Virus record (IMG/VR): IMGVR_UViG_3300028602_000003
From: an uncultured virus (IMG/VR IMGVR_UViG_3300028602_000003)
Lineage: Duplodnaviria > Heunggongvirae > Uroviricota > Caudoviricetes > Schitoviridae
Reading direction: 5' to 3' (one strand)
DNA: 64,000 bases
Part shown: one piece after another, positions 49,765 through 58,800 of the stretch
Layout: each line of letters begins with the position of its first letter
How positions within the stretch are numbered: position 1 is the stretch's first letter
The notes under the pieces: generated by a model
What the model was told of the DNA's origin: nothing
What the model saw: only the letters and a program-made list of their open reading frames with translations
Databases searched by the model: none
Made by a program: the position numbers and the translations under genes

Positions 49765-50201
49765 ACATCACCGCCCTGACTGCCTGGGGATGGGGCGACG
49801 CCTCTGTACTCCATGCACTTCATGCCTAGGTATTCAGAAAGTTCCTTGCTTTGTCGACCGTGGCGAATAAGGCCAGCAGCGTCCATTACAGCGCTTAGAA
49901 ACTGAGAAAAATCCTTGGTAATGGCGGGGCTTGGACAAGCCGAAAGCATGGATTTGTATGTTGCCGGCGTTCCGATGTATTTATCTCCAGCCTCCAGCAT
50001 TGCATCTGTCGGCTCTGCCGGCACCAACTGCCACCCCTCCCGCACCTGCTCACCATGGCTAGGCGCTGAGAGGGCGGCGCGGGCTTGCATCCGGTTAAAT
50101 AGCTCTGTGGCCGCATCGTCATAGCCACTACAGCCAGAAACCCATCCAAACAATTCTTTGCAATCAGCGATAAACGCTTCCCGCTCTTTGTCGATACTCA
50201 T
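49761..50201 (-). CDS. Hypothetical protein of temperate-phage type
   Basis: EREAF start, GWQLVPAEPTDAML module. Confidence 0.55.
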   Translation of the reverse strand: MSIDKEREAFIADCKELFGWVSGCSGYDDAATELFNRMQARAALSAPSHGEQVREGWQLVPAEPTDAMLEAGDKYIGTPATYKSMLSACPSPAITKDFSQFLSAVMDAAGLIRHGRQSKELSEYLGMKCMEYRGVAPSPGSQGGDV

Positions 50202-50443
50202 TTCTTGGTTCCTTTCTCAGACTCAAGCATTTCAGCCAACCACCCTTGAAGAGACTCTTCAGTGATCACCTTTAGCTCACAGTTATGAATCAAATAACCA
50301 ACGAAGCGTTCCCAGATCTCTAGATCAGCAATACGTTCATTGGCTTTTTTAAGCTTGGTTACTTGAGACAGTATCGTTGCCTTCTGGCTCGCATTACGCT
50401 CTTCAAGGGTATTTGTCTTTTCCACTTGGCTCACCCATTGCAA
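50198..50443 (-). CDS. Hypothetical coiled-coil protein
   Basis: ORF track; contiguous in operon. Confidence 0.45.
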   Translation of the reverse strand: MQWVSQVEKTNTLEERNASQKATILSQVTKLKKANERIADLEIWERFVGYLIHNCELKVITEESLQGWLAEMLESEKGTKK

Positions 50444-50729
50444 ATAGCGATAAATCGTCTGGGTTACTTAGACGGCATACCTTGTTGATATGAACCAATA
50501 CAGTGATGAGCATTGCGTCATCAGGCAGCAGACTCATCTCAATGAATTTATCCCTTTGGTTCAAAGGAACCAAAAGAGCTAGCCTACTGGTCAGGTTACG
50601 TAGCTTCACAAGATCATTCTTGTGCAGGCGTAGGCATAGCGCGAAGTACACAGCTACGTCTAATGGGGTGACCTTAGGTCTTTTGGTTGGTGGTTTACTC
50701 AACCAACGAGGCAACGTAATAACACTCAC
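50403..50729 (-). CDS. Hypothetical protein
   Basis: GTG start after AAGG. Confidence 0.5.
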   Translation of the reverse strand: MSVITLPRWLSKPPTKRPKVTPLDVAVYFALCLRLHKNDLVKLRNLTSRLALLVPLNQRDKFIEMSLLPDDAMLITVLVHINKVCRLSNPDDLSLFAMGEPSGKDKYP

Positions 50730-50754
50730 GAGTGATTACCTTACTTTGGATAAT

Positions 50755-50781
50755 AAAAAGCCCTAGAAGACTAGGGCTAAA
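50755..50781 (-). terminator. Intrinsic terminator
   Basis: AAAAAGCCCTAG-AAGA-CTAGGGCT on + strand. Confidence 0.7.
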
Positions 50782-50789
50782 AGTACATC

Positions 50790-51095
50790 TGCTAACTTGC
50801 ATAGGGTTAGCTGGTCTTCAGAGCTAGTGACTCTATGACAAACACATCATGTGTTTGCTGACCCAAGTGCTTGACGCCTCCCGGCGTTGTACCTTCCCAG
50901 TCGGAATGAACGATTCGCTCTGGTTGTGATGCGCGATATTGCGCATCGGGGAGTGGTCTGCGTCAAAGGGATATTCCCGATTACCCTAAGCCTGGCTCGC
51001 TGCACCTGTCTATTCTGAGTCGGGCGTCAGTTAGTACACGATTCACGCTGCTAGACCACTCACCGATACGACCTGTTGTCAGGTGATCGGTATTA
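50790..51095. ncRNA. Candidate structured non-coding RNA
   Basis: No ORF of 60 aa or more; at least six inverted-repeat stems including a long-range 9-bp pairing. Confidence 0.4.
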
Positions 51096-51096
51096 C

Positions 51097-51417
51097 TTAC
51101 TTCAGATTACCCCATCGACCACGCGGACCCTTGGGTTTCTTACGCTTGTCTTCAGCAAGAGGCAGATCATACATCTCTGGGTGGGATGTGCCATAGACCA
51201 AGCTATTCATCAGACGAAGCTCAACAGCAGAAAAGTCATCGACAATTAGCATATCTGGGATACGTCCCACAGCTACGTCATCAATCTTCTTACGATGAAT
51301 CTCATAGCCTACCTGAGCAAGATGCTCACATAGGCGACTAACACTCCTACGGTAGGTAGGGGTAGTGTCTTCCACGATCATTACACGAACAGGCTGTGTT
51401 TCGTCACTTTGGTTCAT
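51097..51417 (-). CDS. Hypothetical protein
   Basis: 106 aa, GGAGAAGG RBS, basic C-terminus. Confidence 0.55.
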   Translation of the reverse strand: MNQSDETQPVRVMIVEDTTPTYRRSVSRLCEHLAQVGYEIHRKKIDDVAVGRIPDMLIVDDFSAVELRLMNSLVYGTSHPEMYDLPLAEDKRKKPKGPRGRWGNLK

Positions 51418-51604
51418 TGCCTTCTCCTTTGGCTTTAGTAAAAGCCATGTCAGTGTCCCAGTAACCAGCTAACCAAGCACACCGTCTACGCAAATCAGTG
51501 GTGTAGTAAGGGCATTGTCTGTAGCTGTCTTCGTTGTCATAACGACACTGAACACCTTCTTGATAAGGTGCCTTATCGAAGAAGGCTAATGAGTTGAGTG
51601 TCAT
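51404..51604 (-). CDS. Ribosome modulation factor (RMF)-like protein
   Basis: YQEG...CPY......R.AWLAGY pattern; GGAG RBS before ATG 51604. Confidence 0.5.
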   Translation of the reverse strand: MTLNSLAFFDKAPYQEGVQCRYDNEDSYRQCPYYTTDLRRRCAWLAGYWDTDMAFTKAKGEGNEPK

Positions 51605-51618
51605 TGTTTGCTCCTTAT

Positions 51619-51645
51619 AAAACACCCGCCGAAGCGGGTGTTTTA
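51619..51645. terminator. Terminator hairpin
   Basis: AAAACACCCGC-CGAA-GCGGGTGTTTT. Confidence 0.7.
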
Positions 51646-51660
51646 TTGAATTACTGAGAG

Positions 51661-51843
51661 TTACTCAGCTTCTTTTGGCAGACGATTGCTGACAGTCTGG
51701 AAAGACTCTTGCACTTCGATCACATCATCATTTGCCATGGTGATGGCGGTGCCACGACTGGTTTCCTCGATATAGAGGGCTTTGTCCAGGTTAACACGTA
51801 CACGCATGCCACTGTGCAGTTTCAGCTTTGTGAAATTCGACAT
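51661..51843 (-). CDS. FlbD-like small protein
   Basis: F.KL....G..V.VN.D....IEE...GT.I.M.....I.VQES pattern. Confidence 0.5.
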   Translation of the reverse strand: MSNFTKLKLHSGMRVRVNLDKALYIEETSRGTAITMANDDVIEVQESFQTVSNRLPKEAE

Positions 51844-51900
51844 TGTTATTTCCTTGTTTATGGGGGAGTTTCTAAAAGGTTATTCAACCCAAAGCAGAGA

Positions 51901-52416
51901 TTATTTGGACTGAATAGCGGAGACAGGCATATCAGGTTGTCCCTGATACTTACCGGTGTAAGCCTTACGGCAGCTCAGTTCATGGAACACTACCTGAGCA
52001 ATACCTGAACCAGCTGGGATAACTAACTCACTGTTTCCGTGGTAGACCAGCTCAAGGGTTAAATGACCAAACCACCCAGGTTCGATCACGGTATTAAATA
52101 CAGATAGCCCCTGACGTGCCCATGTGGATTTGTCATGGACAATACCCATCAGGTCATCAGGCATTTGGAACTCTTCAATAGCAGAAGCTAAAATGAATCG
52201 TCCCGCATGCTCAATCTCACCAAACGGGTTATTACGATCAGCTACAGCCATGCTGAAGGTAAGTACCTTGCCTGGGTAGAACTCAATACGCTGCTTGATA
52301 CGAATATCGTACCCAGCCTCAGACAACCCATGAGACACGCCATGTCTAGCCTCTTTGGTTCCAAGCATGTCTTTGATGGGTGCCTTATTCAGTAAAAGAT
52401 CACCGTTGATAACCAT
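51901..52416 (-). CDS. dcd: dCTP deaminase
   Basis: GYDIR, HDKSTWARQG, IEPGWFGHLTLEL, YTGKYQGQ. Confidence 0.9.
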   Translation of the reverse strand: MVINGDLLLNKAPIKDMLGTKEARHGVSHGLSEAGYDIRIKQRIEFYPGKVLTFSMAVADRNNPFGEIEHAGRFILASAIEEFQMPDDLMGIVHDKSTWARQGLSVFNTVIEPGWFGHLTLELVYHGNSELVIPAGSGIAQVVFHELSCRKAYTGKYQGQPDMPVSAIQSK

Positions 52417-52418
52417 GA

Positions 52419-53528
52419 TTAACCCTTGATGTGAATGAGTTTTCCAAAAGGTACTGTTCTGCCTTTTGCATTTACAGCTACCCAGATGACAGGAATATCT
52501 ATGGGCAATCGCTGCATAGGAGAGCAGACCAAATCAGTAAAGATAATGGCTGCTGTTGGGCGATTCTTAATGATGTGTTCACGTACTGGCACAAGGGATG
52601 TACCACCACGCCCCACTACCACAATCTCTTCAAAGCGGTCAGATTCTTCAAATACCTTCTCATTTTGGATGATGGTATCGAACTGAACCAAGACGAGCTT
52701 TTTAGGGTTAAACACGTCCTTGATGTACTTAACCTCTGAGTTGAATCGCAGTACATCATGGTTAGACACTGAGCCAGAGACATCAAGGTAATACACCAGA
52801 TGCTCTAGCCGACCATCATCAAGTACACGGGAAGGCAGGTATATATCCTGATGCCGTCTGCTAGGGCGTGCCCACGTATGATCCTCGTTGAGCAGGTCAG
52901 TGAAGAAGTTCTTCAGCTCTTGCTCCCAAGGCACAACAGGGTCAAGGAACTTGTTGATGATCTCTTGGACGTGACCAGGAATATTACCTGCTTGGTTCGC
53001 TGCTTTAGCCTGTTGGATAGCCTTAACCACATTGTTAATCTGACGATGTATATCAGGCGTAACAGGCTCAATCATGTCACCAGACATAGGTGAGTTAGGT
53101 GGTGGCTTACCTTGTTGGATCAGGTCATCATAGATGTCCTCTTCGGTCCATCCACGGTACTTAGGGTCAATACAGCCCCACTCAATACCGTCGAATGAGT
53201 AACCCTCATCTTGCAACATGATGTTGATTCGGTAGTCGCAAGCGCTATTCCAAATGTCAGGGCGGCGAGTACCTCGACGTACTTCATGCAGCAAAGCAGG
53301 ATGCCACAACTCATGCACCAAGATTGTTTTTCTGGTCTCAGGCTTCAGTGAAATAAACCATTCACTGTTCCACCAGAGATGCTGCCCATCAGTCTCAGCA
53401 GACTCTACGTTATCGTCCCAAACGAAGATAAGGTCACACATAATGGAACCAAGGAAAGCAGCATTCTTGCCAAGGAATACCTGTGACTTGGTTCGGTCTA
53501 ACTGAAAGTTAAGTTCTTGAGTATCCAC
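52419..53528 (-). CDS. N4 gp25-like metallopeptidase/vWA protein
   Basis: HELWH zincin motif, MIDAS DVSGS, GRGGT. Confidence 0.85.
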   Translation of the reverse strand: MDTQELNFQLDRTKSQVFLGKNAAFLGSIMCDLIFVWDDNVESAETDGQHLWWNSEWFISLKPETRKTILVHELWHPALLHEVRRGTRRPDIWNSACDYRINIMLQDEGYSFDGIEWGCIDPKYRGWTEEDIYDDLIQQGKPPPNSPMSGDMIEPVTPDIHRQINNVVKAIQQAKAANQAGNIPGHVQEIINKFLDPVVPWEQELKNFFTDLLNEDHTWARPSRRHQDIYLPSRVLDDGRLEHLVYYLDVSGSVSNHDVLRFNSEVKYIKDVFNPKKLVLVQFDTIIQNEKVFEESDRFEEIVVVGRGGTSLVPVREHIIKNRPTAAIIFTDLVCSPMQRLPIDIPVIWVAVNAKGRTVPFGKLIHIKG

Positions 53529-53549
53529 AGGTATTTACCTTTATTCTTC

Positions 53550-53720
53550 TTAGGCAAGTTCAACCCAGACCATCCCAGCATCTCGCTTTTTAGGGCGGAA
53601 ATACTCAATAGCTCGCTGCTTGGCTGCTGCCAAGGAAGGAGCATACAAACCTACTTCGGTGCCTTTGAAGCCAGCGATATAGGGATACTCGGCTACTTTC
53701 TGTTCGTTGATGATTTCCAT
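53550..53720 (-). CDS. 56-aa hypothetical protein (absent from ORF track)
   Basis: MEIINEQKVAEYPYIAGFKG...AIEYFRPKKRDAGMVWVELA fills the gap between the ATPase and vWA genes. Confidence 0.55.
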   Translation of the reverse strand: MEIINEQKVAEYPYIAGFKGTEVGLYAPSLAAAKQRAIEYFRPKKRDAGMVWVELA

Positions 53721-53722
53721 TG

Positions 53723-54115
53723 TTACCCCACGAGGTACTTACTGAGAGAGATTGCTGCTTGTTGAAAAGCAGGATGGTTACGCAGTTCAGGTTTACTCAC
53801 CATAACCATACGGAAGAACAGAACACGGAAAGGCAGATCGAAACGACTGGCGTATTGAGCCAATGCTTCGAAATTCTTCTCAGTGATTTTGGTAGTCAGT
53901 GAGGTAATCACTGCCCACATTGTCGAGTTATCCCCTGGCAGCATGTAGTTAGCCGGGTCTTCGATGATGTGTTCGATGCATGGCATCGTGGCGTACACCT
54001 TCACAAACTGAGTGAACTCAGCAGCTACCGTAGCTGTGATGGTGCCTGCATATAGAGCAGTCTTGGCTTCGGTAACTTCTTTGCCTGTAACCAGTTTGTT
54101 CATGAACTCCCATGT
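53723..54115 (-). CDS. gp24-like MoxR-type AAA ATPase, exon 2
   Basis: Joined to exon 1 gives FCCPR-TWEF; spliced CDS 1056 nt, 351 aa. Confidence 0.85.
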   Translation of the reverse strand, partial: TWEFMNKLVTGKEVTEAKTALYAGTITATVAAEFTQFVKVYATMPCIEHIIEDPANYMLPGDNSTMWAVITSLTTKITEKNFEALAQYASRFDLPFRVLFFRMVMVSKPELRNHPAFQQAAISLSKYLVG

Positions 54116-54992
54116 CCTGATGTTCAGTAAGCCCCGCAACAGGCTTACCCGTTCTCTATCATGATCGAGAACTGCTGCACATCTCTATGCAGAGCAGACT
54201 ATATCAACACCCTCAGCATTATCTGTTTGGGTGGCTACCATTTCGAACACCATTAGCTTGTGTCCTACGTCTTTCGACTAGTCGTTGGGCATTTAAGGCT
54301 ATGGAAAATTTCTCTGTCTTTGTGTATCACCGATAGAATCTAAGAAAGCATCAACAGCTTTCGCAGCTTCGATCTCACAAGTAAACTGCTTATTAATCAG
54401 TATCTTGTAATTGTCCTTAACTTTCGCTGCATAGTAGGTGTAGGTTTTATCCTTGTACCTAGATGTAACTATGTGGACATTGTGGTAGACAGATTTACCC
54501 GGCTTAGGGGTTAATCCATTTTTATGTGCGTGCAGGTTATTTCCCTGGTGTGTGGTTATCTCTAAGTTGGTCTTAGCGTTGTTTAGCTTATTACCATCTA
54601 AGTGATTAACCACACATCCATAGGCTGCATTAGGAAAGAAGGCCACAGCCACTAACTGGTGGACTGTTTTCTTACTTGCTCTACCGTCTTTTGACAGTGT
54701 TGCATATAGGTAACCAAACCTGTTCCGGCTTACTGCACGCGGCAATGGTTTTGGGGTTACATATTTATTTTTACATTGCTTATCCGGGTGTCTCCGTACA
54801 TTCCCTAAAGAGGAAACTTGGTATAACCCTTCAAAATCTACAATGTCTTTCCAAATTTCACACATAAAAGCACCTATTTAGCAACGGATTGTCTTGTTTT
54901 TGATTTTACCGCGCAGGGCAATAAAATCACAAGAGTTTCCCGTTTTAGGCAGCTTTCGACATAAGATTTCTCTTATGAAGCGCAGTATGTTT
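54116..54992 (-). mobile_element. Group I intron with HNH ORF
   Basis: Complementary P/Q (AACGGG/ATCCGTTG), R CAACGACTAG (about 54278-54287), S GATATAGTC (about 54197-54205); exon ends in U, intron ends in G. Confidence 0.88.
54299..54865 (-). CDS. Intron-encoded NUMOD4-HNH homing endonuclease
   Basis: EIWKDI..FEGLYQVSSLGNVR, VNHLDGNKLNN...NLE. Confidence 0.9.
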   Translation of the reverse strand: MCEIWKDIVDFEGLYQVSSLGNVRRHPDKQCKNKYVTPKPLPRAVSRNRFGYLYATLSKDGRASKKTVHQLVAVAFFPNAAYGCVVNHLDGNKLNNAKTNLEITTHQGNNLHAHKNGLTPKPGKSVYHNVHIVTSRYKDKTYTYYAAKVKDNYKILINKQFTCEIEAAKAVDAFLDSIGDTQRQRNFP

Positions 54993-55655
54993 ACGGGGGC
55001 AACAGAACGTCTTGTCTTGGTGATCAGGTTTGAAGTCCATCAAGCGATTGTTGTTTTGGCTCAGGAAGGCAATGACGCGAGGGTCATAGTTCTCTTTCAG
55101 AGCTACGTCGTAGAGCCACTCATCGAAACTGGCCATCATCTCAATGTGAACCACACGAGATTCAAGTGCTGTACCGATTGGGTTGACCAAGGCCCTGTCA
55201 CTACCCAGATTACCAGCCAACATCATGGCTACGTTTGGATGCAGCTTCTTTTGGCCAACCATCCTATCCAGCAGAAGCTTGTAACAGGAGGCTAGCACCA
55301 GACGAGTAGCTGAGTTGAACTCATCCAGCAGAAGCAACCAACCGTCATATTCATGACCGTTCTCATCTTTGGGAAGAGGTGTGCCTTCCAATGGGAAGAT
55401 GTCCTCAAAGGCGGCATGCTCAGCAAAACCACGTTGGTTAAAACGAGGTAGACCAGTTTGGTCTTCTGGGGCAGCACCACTCAGACGGTAATCAATCAAC
55501 AACAGGTTGAATTGCTTAGCAACTAGCTTAGCGATGGATGACTTACCTAATCCCGGCGAAGATGTCACATACGGGACCAGCCCACTACTAAGGCACTCTT
55601 CAACATACTGGCGAGTAACACGAGGTGTTACTCGGTACAGGTTTAATTCAGACAT
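54993..55655 (-). CDS. gp24-like MoxR-type AAA ATPase, exon 1
   Basis: Walker A SSPGLGKS, Walker B LLLDEFNSA. Confidence 0.85.
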
Positions 55656-55678
55656 TGGTTACTCCATTTGATTTGGGT

Positions 55679-55954
55679 TTATACGAGATCTTCAGGAGTA
55701 AGTTCTCGTATGGCTTGGAAGCACAGCCGTACCGTGTGGCCGTCTGTAGTCACCACGTTGGCCTCGCCTTCGTCGAGCAGGATGTCCTGATCGGCAAACT
55801 CCCAGTCGTCGCTGTCCGAGGTGGTAAGACGCACGTAGGGTGCGCCCGTGTCGCGGGCGTCGCTGAAGCCAATCTCAATCACTTCGACGCTGCCGACTAG
55901 CACGCAATTAGCGCGCTCTACACATCTGAAGAGGCTTACCAAGGTTTTACACAT
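55679..55954 (-). CDS. Hypothetical acidic protein
   Basis: ATG at 55954 with GGAGA RBS. Confidence 0.45.
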   Translation of the reverse strand: MCKTLVSLFRCVERANCVLVGSVEVIEIGFSDARDTGAPYVRLTTSDSDDWEFADQDILLDEGEANVVTTDGHTVRLCFQAIRELTPEDLV

Positions 55955-55987
55955 AGATTTCTCCACAGTTAGTTGAACCAAATAAAA

Positions 55988-56015
55988 AATAATGGCCCGG
56001 TTAAGGGCCATTATT
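55988..56015 (-). terminator. Intrinsic terminator
   Basis: AATAATGGCCC-GGTTAA-GGGCCATTATT with upstream A tract on + strand. Confidence 0.7.
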
Positions 56016-56029
56016 CAGCTGGTTACTGC

Positions 56030-56431
56030 TTAGCTCAGGGCGTTAATACGCTCTTGAATTTGCTCAGGAGTGAGCTTCTCCAGCTCAGCATCCTGGCTAC
56101 GCTCCAGTGCAGACAATAGGCGTTGACGCTCAGCCTTCTTCGCTTTCTCAGTAAGGGCGTTATCACGCTCTTCAATCTTGACCGCGATGATGTGCTTGAC
56201 CAATTCCAGCTTCTGTTCCAGCTCGGTCTTGGCAGGGCTAACCTTGTCCACGAACGAGGTTTCAGTAGCTGCACTCAGCTCAGCATTGACACCTTTGGCG
56301 ACTGTATCCAGATCCAGACCATTCTTGGATTGCAATGGCAGATCCCACAGAACCTCGATACCCAGCGGGCCGGATACCGAAGCAAAGCGGAATTTCTTAC
56401 GGGAAGCTTGTTCAAAGAGATTCATGATCAT
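56030..56431 (-). CDS. Conserved phage coiled-coil hypothetical protein
   Basis: FEQASRKKFRF...LWDLPL motif. Confidence 0.65.
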   Translation of the reverse strand: MIMNLFEQASRKKFRFASVSGPLGIEVLWDLPLQSKNGLDLDTVAKGVNAELSAATETSFVDKVSPAKTELEQKLELVKHIIAVKIEERDNALTEKAKKAERQRLLSALERSQDAELEKLTPEQIQERINALS

Positions 56432-56434
56432 TCC

Positions 56435-58423
56435 TTAAAATTGGATGTTGTGGGTGGTGACTTCACCGGTGTAAGCAGTCACCTGCACGGTTACTACTTG
56501 TTCTTTGGTGGAGGAGAACCCCACACCACTCAATTGCTCGTTGACCACAGGGCACATGGTTTCAGCACCTAGCACTTCAAACACCTTACGGTGCTCAGCA
56601 AGGTCATTACGCAGGTACTCGTTGTAGATACCGCGAGCAGGCTTATCATTGAGACAACCCTCAAGCATGAACAACCAGTGCTTATTACCCACTTGGTTCT
56701 CATCCCAGTAGTTAGGGCTGTACATCAGGGTAGTCACTGGAACCAGGGTTTCAGTTTCGATACCCCAAACTTTCTGGGTAATGCCGCCCCCTATCAGGCC
56801 AGCACCCACGTCCAGTTCGATGATTACCCCATTGTGTACTTGAAAGCTGATGGCTTGAACTGTACCGGATACTACTTTGTTGTAGCTGTATTGGCTCAGC
56901 TGACCGTTGTTCTCAACTTCAATGATGAAGCCGGGGCGGTCTTTAGTACGTTGGTCATACTGGTGAATAGAGACAACGTACTTACCATCACGAGGGTTCT
57001 TCCAGCTCAGGTTCTCCACCGGGTCGGTGTCTGATTTTGGCCCCCATGCGTTCATATCTACGTCCAGAACACCCATCTTATCGCGAAAACAGATATGACC
57101 CTCTGGGGCAACACAGTGAATATCTAGGTCATCTGGGTTAAACCAGCTTAGTGATACACGCAGTTTGGCATCGGTATTACCACCAGCACGCTTCACTTTC
57201 TCCTTGATGGAGTCAGTGATATTGCCGTTGTAGGACCAGGCAAAATCGTTATCCCATTTGAACAGTTGACCTACTGCTGTATCTGCTGGAGCGGTCAGGC
57301 TGACCAGATTAGGAACCAAGGGGTTCTTCATCAGCAGCTTCATGGAGGCTGCTTTAGGCACGATCTCGTCCATGAACACGTCGATAGGCATGTTATCGCC
57401 TACCACTGATACAGGCTTCTTCTTCACCTGCTTAGACGCCATCATGCGATCAGACAGACTGTCTTTCATGACTGCTTTGGAAGAGCCACTTGCCCAGATT
57501 ACGTTGTTGATGGATACATCAGACAACTTAGCAAAGCGACGGTTTACAGCTTCTTCAAGACCCAGTTCTTTAAGCTTGGTCAGAGCAGCTTTGATCATCA
57601 CAGGGGTAATCAGTGCAGTGGTACGTTTGTAGTTGGTAGGGGCTACTTTGGCCTCAAAAGAAGCCACAGCACGTCCCAGCTCAACACCTTCAGCCAAGTC
57701 CTGCAACAGCGAACCAATGGCGGTATTACGGATGCGTGCGCCTATTTCCTTGTAGAACTCGAAAGGGAAGACCTCTTTCTGTTTTACGCTGGAAGCTGCG
57801 TAGTGCTGTTGCAGCGTGTGGAACGAGTTCACAGCAGCCCAGAACTCTTCACCACGGTAGATCGAGTTGTTGTCGATCAGGTCGAGTACTGTCTTGGTGA
57901 CCTCATCAGGAATCTCTTTCAGCCCGCGCTCAAATACAGCAATGGTGCTGTTGATGTCACCAATAGCTTTACCTGGGGTTGTGCTGAACTGAGCAGGGTG
58001 TACTGCGCCATGAAAGTGATTCCAGCGATGGGACTTACCATCAATCAGTTCCAGGTTGTATTCGGCCCCGTAGCTCTTTTCCTTGGTTCGGTACACGCCG
58101 TTAATACCAGCATTCTGTACTACTGCGTCAAGGTGAGCAGCCACCAGATCGTATGGGTATTCCAGTCCAATATCAGACCACACGGTCTTGATCTCGCCTG
58201 CTTGAATACTGACCACACGGCCAAGGTTTTTGATGAAATTCCGGCAGCAAGAGCAATCATGCTCGGTACGCTCACGGAAGATTTCATTGGTTCCAGCTGG
58301 GAAAGATGACAGGTACGCAGCCCACAGCTCATCACCCGTGATGGTTGATTCAAACAGCTCACCAGCTTGGGCCATTGCGTTGTAGCGTGCATGTGTAGCA
58401 GAAGAGAACTTAACAAAAGACAT
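56435..58423 (-). CDS. Large hypothetical protein (662 aa)
   Basis: HDCSCC motif, LSWFNPDDLDIH domain; clean long ORF. Confidence 0.7.
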   Translation of the reverse strand: MSFVKFSSATHARYNAMAQAGELFESTITGDELWAAYLSSFPAGTNEIFRERTEHDCSCCRNFIKNLGRVVSIQAGEIKTVWSDIGLEYPYDLVAAHLDAVVQNAGINGVYRTKEKSYGAEYNLELIDGKSHRWNHFHGAVHPAQFSTTPGKAIGDINSTIAVFERGLKEIPDEVTKTVLDLIDNNSIYRGEEFWAAVNSFHTLQQHYAASSVKQKEVFPFEFYKEIGARIRNTAIGSLLQDLAEGVELGRAVASFEAKVAPTNYKRTTALITPVMIKAALTKLKELGLEEAVNRRFAKLSDVSINNVIWASGSSKAVMKDSLSDRMMASKQVKKKPVSVVGDNMPIDVFMDEIVPKAASMKLLMKNPLVPNLVSLTAPADTAVGQLFKWDNDFAWSYNGNITDSIKEKVKRAGGNTDAKLRVSLSWFNPDDLDIHCVAPEGHICFRDKMGVLDVDMNAWGPKSDTDPVENLSWKNPRDGKYVVSIHQYDQRTKDRPGFIIEVENNGQLSQYSYNKVVSGTVQAISFQVHNGVIIELDVGAGLIGGGITQKVWGIETETLVPVTTLMYSPNYWDENQVGNKHWLFMLEGCLNDKPARGIYNEYLRNDLAEHRKVFEVLGAETMCPVVNEQLSGVGFSSTKEQVVTVQVTAYTGEVTTHNIQF

Positions 58424-58425
58424 GA

Positions 58426-58800
58426 TTACTCCTTGGCTCGCTTAGCACGTAGCCGTTGATTTCTGAGATGACTTACCAATTCAAGGTGTGCAGGGTTACA
58501 GCACAAGCGGTTATTGCACTTGTGATCCACCTGCTTTTTACCTGGGATGTACCCATAGAAATGGGTGAATACAACTAGATGCACAGCCACTGTCTGACTG
58601 TTAAGAGACATACGCCCATAACCGCCACCACGCCCAGTGCCTGAATCAGGACCGATCCAAATGTGACAAGGGCTTGGTTGGTTATTTAAGACAAAACCCA
58701 TATCACGTACTTCTACGCGCTCATGGATACGTTTCAGAATACAGTCACGACGTTCGTAGCTGACTTGGGCATCTAGTGCTAGAGGCCCGTACTTACTCAT
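58426..58800 (-). CDS. HNH endonuclease (Zn-binding type, N4 gp22-like)
   Basis: CHIWIG, GYGRM, VDHKCNNRLCCNPAHL. Confidence 0.8.
   Translation of the reverse strand: MSKYGPLALDAQVSYERRDCILKRIHERVEVRDMGFVLNNQPSPCHIWIGPDSGTGRGGGYGRMSLNSQTVAVHLVVFTHFYGYIPGKKQVDHKCNNRLCCNPAHLELVSHLRNQRLRAKRAKE

Noticed and set aside
50800..50840. Hammerhead ribozyme (CTGAAGA on the - strand)
   Set aside because: No matching GAAA or three-stem arrangement found.
51619..51645. N4 vRNAP hairpin promoter
   Set aside because: Long stem with 4-nt loop and flanking A/T tracts fits a terminator; early promoters are expected upstream of RNAP1, outside the window.
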